From assembly GCA_030141605.1 (NCBI GenBank), contig JAQGDQ010000003.1, forward strand, positions 2,666,001 to 2,730,000: a stretch of 64,000 nucleotides of DNA, given 5' to 3'. The translations under genes and the position numbers were made by a program. Shown piece after piece: positions 39,201-48,703 of the stretch. The stretch comes from Tubiluchus corallicola (Eukaryota; Animalia; Priapulida). The notes beneath the pieces are model-generated. The model had not been told where the DNA came from and did no database searches. It saw nothing but the letters and a program-made list of their open reading frames with translations. Position 1 is the stretch's first letter; every line of letters begins with the position of its first letter.

Positions 39201-42200
39201 TTCAAGTTTAATTATTTTTTAAGTATAATAGAGCTACAATTTATAAGGCTGTGGTAATGTATATGTTGATTTTTATAATGTTGAAAATTTCGTTTTTATT
39301 GTGAATGATAGCCACTGGCATTCGGCACTTCTTTTGCTTGAATTTTTGTTCTCGGCAAGCTTCTTGGTTTTGTTAAGGCTCTTCTAGTACTTCTACCTGT
39401 GACATCCTGTATTGCAGGCGAGGCAAGATTGACCGCAGCACCTCCTAGCAAGCCAATTCGGCACTACACTGACATGCCCACATGCACTCCACCCCCTCCC
39501 CCTTCACATTATGACCGCATAGGCAGTAAATGTGAGTTACAGTTCTGTAATCATCGTATTTTCTGAGCTGACCACTCAGCCTAAATTATTCAGTTATATT
39601 CTCTTGTTAATAATTATATCTGCAAAGTGTTTCTCAAACATGAAACTCAATCTGTACGTGTAGCATGCATACAATTTATTGCACATAATTTCTTGTAATA
39701 AATTGCATTTTAATAATTGTTTGGTATTATGAATGCTTATTGCGCATATTTGCAATTTTTTGGTAAGTTTCACTTTTGCAAATTAATTGATTAATTTATT
39801 TGAGTATAAAGTCTCTTAGGTATCCAGACAGGTAGTAAGGAGGATATTATTATGCTCGTTTGCATTATGTTAAAGTCTTATAGCTACTGCAAGTTTCAAA
39901 ATACAAGGCTATGAATTTACTTAAAATAAGAAGAAAGAGTAATGGCTGCACGGTTTAAAGAATTCACAAAATTCTTGAAGTTTGAAGGGAATTGTGAAAT
40001 TTTGATAAAGTCACACTGTTTTACAGCTGTATGAGTTTTTATGTTTTAGGAATTAAATTCGCACTACAACAGTTTTCAGCTTTTACTGTAAGCTGGTACT
40101 ATTTTCAGATAAAGATAAGTCATCGTCCCATCTGTATGACCCGGTGTCTGACTCGACTAGCGTATCATCTGCGCGCAGTTCTAACTTTGATGAAGAATAT
40201 CTCACCCCCATCAACGGAGGTGATCATTCTGTCGACTCCAGTCTTCAACAACAGCAGAGTGATTCTGCTGAGCAAAACAATGTTACTGGTATTAATTATT
40301 GTAATCTTAATATCAACCTTTTTTTAATAATGATGTTACAAAGTATACAAACCCACAATTATTAAATTTGTTACCAAAATTGAAATGCAACAAATGTGAA
40401 AAAATGAGATGAAGCCTGGATTTGAACCAGGAACTTTCTGAATTTGGTTGGTTATCTATAGGGATGGACTTTGGACTACTGTAACTACTGAGAGATGCAG
40501 TGGCCTAGTAGTGTGTGGTTTGGTCCCTGATTCAAATCCTGGATGCATCACACTTTTTTCACATTTCCTGTGTTTCAAGTTTGGTATCAAATTTAACTGT
40601 GGGTCGGTCAATATGCATTGCAGTTTAGTCTATTCGTGCCAATTTTATATGAAACACTTGCATAAAGCATTTTATATATATATTTTATTTTTGTTGCTAT
40701 TAATGTGAGAAAACAATTATTCAAAAATCATTCTAAAAAGTAAACATCCATGTAAACACCAATGCCTGACTTCTAACTCCATTTTAGCAATTTTTATCTT
40801 GGCATGCCAGTGACAGTAATTGATCAAGACTTAGACTTGGGCTCAGATTTTTGAGCTCAAAAAACGTCTAACAATGTTGTAATGAAAAGCTGCTTTTTAA
40901 ACGTCGAGCAAATTTTATCCTCATTTATTGGTTTATTGAAGTAAATGTGTTCATTGAACACATTTGTAAAAGTTGTTGTTCATACCTTGTCATTCAGATA
41001 AATAGAAAAAACATAGTTTCCATACAAGAAATTTTAACTTTGCAAATTGAGCACTTGTAAAAATTGGTGTATGCTTTATTGGGTGTTGTTTACACTGTGG
41101 TTTAGCAATCTGTTTATCGCTAGTTAGAACAAGTAGGGCTTGTCTGTACCACTTTGTTCAAGTATGATGCTGTCCAAAAATTATTTTTTTATTGTGTTAC
41201 TTTCTGTTTTACTTTTATTTTTTTAATTAAATTTCCCTTTTGCATTGATTATGAATGAGCTTTTAAAATCTTTTGCCACATTTGCAGTCTTTCTACATCC
41301 AGACTCTGTAGTTGTGCTTTTTGTTTTTCATTTCTTATCTCTTCAGTTTTATATCTTACATTTCAATCTCTATTGTTGAAAACATTGGCTTTGCTTTGTT
41401 TTTGACAGGCTAACAATGTTAAATCTCATTTTTTTAGTGATTAGCATCTCTGATGTTACTAAGGATATAGAGAGGCTGATTGCAAAAGAGGATGGCTTAG
41501 AAACTAGAGCACCATTAGCGAGTGCAGAAGGTGATTCCCCCGGCGAAATAAAGTCAGCCACAGCTAGCACCAAAGCTGGTAACGCTTTTTGGATGGCACT
41601 ATTGAGAATAATGTTGACACATTTATAGTTAATTAAAAAATTAGTACAGCCTTTCTTTGGAATGACTGTCTCTTTATTTTCTATATTACGTTATCTAAAC
41701 ATGGTATCGTGATTGTATGTTGTATATTTTTCGTGTATACCAAGTTTCTTTTAATTTTTGTATTATCTCTGGTGTTTTACAGACAACCTTCCTCGTTTCG
41801 GTAGTGTTCCATCAATGGGGGGTGATGGTGCTAATATGAATGGCAAGCTATCATCCAGTTCTTCTGGGATATTAGAAACTAAATCTGGTAAGACGATTAC
41901 ATTCATTTATACTAATTTGTATAATAAATTAAATTATCACAATGTTCTAAGCTAAAGACAAATCCCTACAAGCAAATATGAAAGGAAAATAAGAAAATTA
42001 ATAGTAATACTTGTTTATTACAATATATACTTATCGGCGCATCAACAAAGTTTTTGTAAATAATGGTTTTGTTTTTTCAGAATCATCAGAAGGTCCTGTA
42101 CCTGTGCCTCGTAGCAGGCGGCGACGATCACGAGGTGGCAGCAGCTTGTATGAGGAGGTGGAAGGTTTAAGTGCCCCTTACAGTGGCAACTACACCAAGA

Positions 42201-45040
42201 TGGTAATGCAAAACTTGGAGACGTTAGTTATGGCATCTGAGAAAACAAAACACAAAGACTTGTCTAAGACAGGTAAAAAGTTTCAACATAAAACACAATT
42301 AGCAAATTATTTGAAAAAAATGTGTGACATGAAACATCTTGACATGTTAACATTTTCACTGATCTAAAAATCTGTGATTTTTTGCATGAATAATCTAGAA
42401 ATTTTTCTTTTGAATTTATCTTAATCTGCATCACCTAAGTGTATTTCTTCATTCATGTTGTATTTTTATAGAAATAGGATCTATTGGCTGTCAGTTAAGA
42501 TGGAAAGATTTCACGTTGAAGTCTGAATCGCCTCTTCTGATAACTAAGCATTACGTTTTCTATAGTGCATTTTGGAAGGGAAATGAGGAGTACACTCTCA
42601 TTGTAAGTAAGCCAAGTTTCATTATGAAATTTGAAATTTTATGTCTGGAAGATGCTGTTGTCCTCATTGTTTTAGCAATAGTGACAGTGCATAATGAAAT
42701 AGGTATAGTAATCACTTTGCACTGCTATCTTGTATATTGCGAAAAGTAAATGTTAAAATCATTGACAAAAAAGTGGATTTCCTGCAAATTATTGTCTGTT
42801 AATAGTGCCAGTTTTACAGTTAATAATTTGGTACAATGTGGAATTGTTTCTAGTCTGTCCGTGCAGCTGTCTCTTTTTTGTAGCTACGATGCTCTGTTCA
42901 TTTTCAGTAATAGAGAAACTCAGTTTCAACTTTGAGAGTCAAACTGTCATTAGACAGCTAATAGCATTAACAACAAACATTACTTATTGATTTTTTGACT
43001 CCTCACAATTTTGAAATTTCAGAACATTTACGAATATTCTTAATATGTAAATTTGTATTTTGTAGTTATCGTCACCTGTGTCAAACCTTTTGACAAAGAA
43101 AGACAGCGGTCTGCAGATATTTACGCAGTTTGAAGACACTGTTCCAACTCGATTACTGTTACCAAGTGGGAAAGTTGCTGAGGACTCAACATCCAAAGTT
43201 TGTATATATTTAAGGGTTCAGTTTGAGCTCAGCTAAGTGCATCATCTAAAAATCTAGTGTCTAAGCTTTTCTTACTATGTACTGGTAAAAACAAAATATG
43301 ATTTAGTGAGAAAAACAAAAAATGAGGGATAATTTTTGATGATTATCTTCATATTTATTATTAGCTGATATAAGAATTTATTTTAAGAAATTTCAAAGAA
43401 CTTTTATGAAAGATACGGTAAGAGTTATTTTTGATATAAGCTACAGTCATGTTTAAAAAGTACGTATGTTATAGAGTAAGCAAAACATATTTTTAGAATA
43501 AGGAAAGAGAAAACTGTGAACCACTCATGTGTTAGTTCACAATCTGTATTTTTGCTAGTTCCACTTGCAGAGAAAAATTCAACAAAATTGGCCCCAAACC
43601 GTATTAAATAGGTTGTTAGAACTCTCTGTATTACTCATTTTCGGTTACGCCTTTGCGATAAAGAGGTCTGTTTCATAGTGATGCTGTTGTTTTCATTCAT
43701 ATAATGTTTTTCATTTTCTGGTTATTTTGAAAAGAGCAGCTAAGAAGCAAAAATTTAAAAGGAGGATAAAGTGTGCCACTACTAATTATTGGTTATTACT
43801 ACAACTTCAGTTATAATATTTCTGTTTTTAGTAGACTTTTTTGTATTTGTAGATTCTTGTAGCAATTTCTCATAAGATGATGTTGGAGACCCTGTCCAAG
43901 TTTTCAGACAACAATAGAGAAAAGCACAATAAAGATGCACCATCATATGAGAAGCTTGTGTGTTTTATTTTACTCCAGATAGTTACTTTGTTGAAGAGCT
44001 TGCAGGTGCATATTTTATCCTGTTTTTTCTCACATGGCATTTTTAATAACTACTGTTAATAATAACTGCAATGCTTCTTTTGGTCTTCTCTGTTACTCAT
44101 TATATCTACAAAATAAAATTCGAACTTTGAATAATAGTTTATAACTGACATCTCAGCCACATTTGCCCACCCATCTTTTAGGAACTTGTGTAGCTGAAAG
44201 ATTTGAACTGTACCTGAAAGTGACTCAGTGCTTGATCACTACTGCTAACAATATTTAAATTCAGCTGTTTACTATGGCTTTTCAGTTTGCAAGTGTAATA
44301 TCAATTTGTGTGTTCGACTGTATCAATTATAAGGCAAAGGATATGATTATGATTTTAAAGAAAAAGAAAACTGTAGCATGAACATTTTATATTTTAAGCA
44401 TGCGATGTTTTTGCTGTGCATTCCAGTCATTTTGTTGTGTTTGTTTTAATAGCTATGACATAATCATTTTCTTACTTTTTAGGCTCAAGGTATTGAAGAA
44501 ATTGGGGCTAACTTGGACAGCTTTATTCTAGTCCGGCTAGAAGGCGACACACATCAACGTTTAGTTTATTTAGAAATTGATCCACAAGACGAGGCATCAA
44601 AATTGTCACTTTGCATGTGTGCAATACGTACTTTGTATCATCTGTTGCATATACGTGTGATGGTAAAAGACTTACAAGCTGGTAAGCTACCAAATATCAT
44701 TCAAAAATCCAGTTTGTCACGAGGTCTTATCAAAGCAGTTGAAGTGTTATCCACCGAGAAAGCGAACTCCTTGACGCATGCCCTGGGAATTCTGGAATTC
44801 ATGTTGTGGGGACCAGATGACAAGGTCATACAGGAACCAAGAAGCCTGGATGACCAAGAACCTCCTAATTTACGCCTGTGGTTAGAACTGGAGCGAGCGC
44901 GAAAAGTGAATCATATTGCCCGGTCAACGCTAACTGATGCTCCTATGTCCGGAGTGTATAATGAATATCATGTGCATTTCCTTGTTAGAGGTACTGTGAA
45001 GCGATTGTGGGAATCACATAACTTGTTAATATCTTCTTAG
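24219..45040 (+). CDS. PEAK1: PEAK1/Pragmin (SgK269/SgK223, NKF3)-family pseudokinase scaffold, about 1650 aa, about 21 coding exons
   Basis: Hand-spliced GT-AG, phase-consistent exons: 24219-24356 (first exon uncertain), 27938-28033, 28603-29799, 30719-30844, 31779-31959, 32231-32520, 33193-33581, 33898-34031, 36461-36572, 36913-37196, 37562-37749, 38216-38327, 39418-39531, 40109-40288, 41438-41578, 41783-41887, 42081-42272, 42472-42602, 43066-43197, 43853-44005, 44483-45040. The C-terminus matches remembered PEAK1 blocks: WKDFTLKSESP (WSDFRLTSDKP), FEDTVPTRLL (FLAEVPNRLL), YEKLVCFILLQ (YERQVCLLLLQ), LEFMLWGP (LQCLLWGP), LRLWLELERA (LQNWLDIKRT). The symbol is family-level; PEAK1 versus PRAG1 orthology cannot be resolved. 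Confidence 0.85.
28603..29799 (+). CDS. PEAK-like gene: large Ser/Thr/Lys-rich disordered exon (399 aa)
   Basis: TTTCAG|GTA acceptor and CAT|GTTAGT donor inside the 417-aa ORF; phase 0-0. Confidence 0.88.
31036..31642. mobile_element. Kolobok-like non-autonomous DNA transposon (MITE) in an intron
   Basis: Left end TTAA|AGGGAAACGGGACT; right end reverse complement TTAA|AGGAAAACAAGACT. A TTAA TSD with purine-purine termini is the Kolobok signature. Confidence 0.65.
33193..33581 (+). CDS. PEAK-like gene: exon with NIYDAV, SPIYAEP, NLYDTI and PVLPPK docking motifs
   Basis: TTGCAG|AAT acceptor and CG|GTAAGC donor; lies in ORF 33187-33585. Confidence 0.88.
40362..40596. repeat. Intronic foldback element: about 73-bp imperfect inverted arms, each with a tRNA B-box-like motif
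   Basis: The reverse complement of 40362-40434 aligns with 40523-40596 (GTYCCTGRTTCAAATCCWGG...TTTTTTCACATTT...TTTCAAKTTTGGTAWCAAATTTAA). Confidence 0.8.
44483..45040 (+). CDS. PEAK-like gene: last exon (pseudokinase C-lobe and C-terminal SHED helices)
   Basis: TTTTAG|GCT acceptor; AQGIEEIGANLDSFILVR...LEFMLWGP...LRLWLELERARKV...EYHVHFLVRGT...TAG. Confidence 0.9.
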   Translation, partial: AQGIEEIGANLDSFILVRLEGDTHQRLVYLEIDPQDEASKLSLCMCAIRTLYHLLHIRVMVKDLQAGKLPNIIQKSSLSRGLIKAVEVLSTEKANSLTHALGILEFMLWGPDDKVIQEPRSLDDQEPPNLRLWLELERARKVNHIARSTLTDAPMSGVYNEYHVHFLVRGTVKRLWESHNLLISS

Positions 45041-48000
45041 CAAAGATGTTTGGTGTGGGCTTAAAGCCAAATAGTTTTTTCATCATGTTATTATTATCTC
45101 CACAAAGTGATGTGGAAGTGTCCATTTCCTCCCAAATGTTGTACATTTACATGTTAGGTTTATACTAAGATTTAACTAGGTTGTCATTCCCAGGTTGTAC
45201 ATGTCACATTTAATTTATTGCACCATATCTCTTTCATTACTTATTTATCATGTTCTTTGATTGGCAGTGCTTAATTTAATATGTGGGCAGGACCTCAGAC
45301 AGTGGCTAACGTGATGCTAGGAACGTACTTTTGTTTGCTTTAGCTCAACTTTGCAGACCTCAAACTTGCAAATGTGTGCACTTTTCCACTGCAAAATTTT
45401 TGAGCAAATCAAAAGCCAAGGTTGCTAGTCGTGCCTGATTTACTTTCCTTATCTTGTAGACGAGTGCATATTTTATCAATTTTGTTTAACTAACACTTTA
45501 CGCACATGGTCTCTTATCTCATTTTGTTGTAAAACTATTCTATGGAAATTTTTTTGATCTGCCCTATATTCATTTGTAGAGCAGTTTTTCTAACAACATT
45601 GCTTTTTTACAACATTGCATTAACATTTTACAATTAACTCTATTGTAAATGATTGTTACTAGTTGTGTTTAAATGTTTTGTTTTTACTTTGAATAAGCTT
45701 AATAAAGTTTCCAAAAAAGGCTGCTTTTTATTGCTAAGTTTATCCATACTTTTTATAACTGTTAAAAATGCTTCTGTTATTGCATTAATAAAATTAAATC
45801 TAACGAATACTACCAGACTCAGAACTTTAATTGTTAGTTTATGCCATTGCTGATACTTGATAGAGTTTAAGCAGCATTTTTAACATTCTTAGATTGCCAT
45901 TTTCTAATGTATGTTTTTAGAGTGATTGTTATAATTTATTTTTAACTGTATTTGTTGTACAACCCTTCCTGTCTCACCTTACATAGTGCCATGATTTTCT
46001 TTTTTTGTAGTTTAGTTGTCTTCAGCAATTCTGCAAGCCAGATTCCAAAACTTGCTAATTCTAAATATTACCTCTCTTGTACCTCTATAAGATAACCAAA
46101 TTGGCAGTGCTGTCTTGTCTCATCTGGATGTACTTTGTATCCATTGTTAGTAAAATAGACAGCCAGAGCCAGTATAGGACCTGAAATTGTCCCAGAGGCA
46201 GTTTCTCAGTCGTGACCTATCCATTTATTAACTAGATTCATTGTTACTTCACTTCGGTTCTAAGTACACGCTCAGACCACATTTCTATTTCGACTTGCTT
46301 ATAATCACTTTTTCTTTTGCCTCTTTGTCAAAAATTTGTATTTTTAATGGAATCTCTTGTTTTATTTTGCCAAGTGGACAGAGTTTGTTTTGTTTAATTA
46401 TAAAGAAGGCTTTACGTGGGAACAAGTTTGCATGTGATTCTGATGCAAGCTTTTGTAAGATAGTATAAATGTTTATGTTATTATTAAAAAAACGAGTTTA
46501 TCTATATATATATGTGTGTGTGTATGTATTTGTAACTTGTCTTTTAAGGCAATCAGAAAAACACAACCAATGAGTGTTTTGCAGCGTCAAATTCTATTTC
46601 CACTACATTGAATATTTAATAACTACCGCAGTTCTAATAATGAGAATTAATGTGCCACCATTTGAGTGCATTATCATTTATAATCGTTTTGTACACATTT
46701 CATGAATTTCAATCTTTTTGGAGAATTTGCTACTTTACAAACCATTAAATTATTTGAACCGAGTTTCAAAGCAAATAATCACACCTCTGTCATGAAATAG
46801 TATTACAGGTCTGCTACATATTAATAATACAAACAACATGAGATACATGTTGTCTAATGCAAAAATTACGTGTAATCTGGGCAGCGGCTATACACGAATA
46901 TGATTCTATAGCGTTTGTGTAATGCCTTGAATTACACTGAAATTGCCAAAAATTAGAACAAGTAAGATAGAATGACTAACAATTTCTCAATGATTACTGA
47001 CAGGTAAAATGATTGTAACATCAGTGGCACGAATGGTAAAATTGAACAAGCTAATATTTCCAAGGCAGGTAACTAATTACTAATGAATTTAACTACGTTA
47101 CATATAATAACATGCGGACATTTATAATGTTTGAACCGTATTCACTAAGTAATATTCTATTAGCCCGTTTATCCGTGTGCATGCTACTAACTACATAACA
47201 TTGAAATTTAAATATTGGTTAACATGCGGCCTGGTTCATTTTAATGCAAAAGTTTAACCAAAAGATGTAACAGAACAAATTGACTAATATCAACAAAAAA
47301 GTACGGCTAAGAAAGTCATAGCAAAAAATTAAAATTCTAAATGAAAATCGTGTAAACTTCTTTTAAAGGAAAGACCCAGCCTTCTGGAAAGTCAGTTTAT
47401 TTCAATGTTCACGAAAAAAAGTTAAAAGGATTTAGTAATAAAACTGTAATAAGTGCATCGTGTAATTAGCAAAATCACTTTAAAGTCGCGATCACTTCAT
47501 GCTTGGGCGCTCCCATTCTGCTTCCAATGATGTCATTCATCCTGAACAAAAGTAACGCACTGTCAATTTTTCATCAAAGGGGTAATAAGCTTTACAAAAT
47601 AATTAGATAGCTAATTTTGTAATACGTAAACATTAGGTAAGCTGCAGAAATTTGAATAGTATGTAGCAGTGCGTGCTTACTGAATGCCACAATGCGCTTA
47701 CGAAAAGTCAAAGTCTCCCAGTTACATCATATTTTTCAAGTGAATGGCGGCAACCACCATGCCAGAAAGATTCTATTCAGACATAGTATATTTTAATTTA
47801 CGATTTATAGACAGTTTTTTGAAAATGTCTTTGTTATATTTTCTAAGTTTGTGATAATAATAATATAAACCCAACATACTGAGTGACTTGTTCTTTCCTT
47901 TAAATTAGTGTAAGCTACATTAATTGAAGACATATACAGTGTGGCATAGTTGCAATTTAATATTAAATAATTAATCACATTTTAGTGCTTTATAAAATAA

Positions 48001-48703
48001 AAATACCAATACATGCAATAATAACAATAATTACATTCCATAATCTTCACGAGTTCAACAATTTTTGAATTAAGCCTAACAAAAAAGTTATCCAAAATTA
48101 TGCTACATTCAGGAGGATTAAGTACTACACATTTTCTCGATAAGATTTAGATAATACAAATAAATATACTCTTATATACATAACTCATTAAAATAAATGT
48201 ACATCTGCTAAATTATACAGCTTGATTTTATACATTTTTCTATAACCACTTACTGATACATTAGACTCCGCGAAAGAGATTGTGCGCCTTTACAAATAAG
48301 CTGCAACTGCCTGATTACTGTTTTTCTAGTTAAAACAAATTACGAAACAAAAATAAGCACTCAGGACTTTGTAAGAGCTTAAATTTACACTTTACATTCA
48401 CCGGGAAAACGAACAGAAAGCATCAGGTAGAATCGCACTTGCAACTACACTCGTCTAATGATTTTGTATCTTCGAAACGTATAGTTAATGCCAGCTGTTA
48501 ATTTCGTTAATAAGAGTTTTGCACTGAATTATTGTTCTGTGAGATTTAGGCAAATTAGGCTACTAATTTGTTGACAGACAAACTCTGTTGCGCTGACAGA
48601 CAAATTCTAATTTTCTATGTAGAGAAGATGAGGTTGCAAACAATTGTTGGAGACCGAAAGAGCAAATTGCGTAGTTGCTGCCATCATGAATATCAGAAGG
48701 GCT

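Noticed and set aside
42472-45040. PINK1 (shares LWG and C-terminal helices)
   Set aside because: No catalytic motifs and no mitochondrial-type N-terminus; the very long Tyr-motif disordered region and the W-x-D-F-x-L and YExxVC blocks fit the PEAK family.
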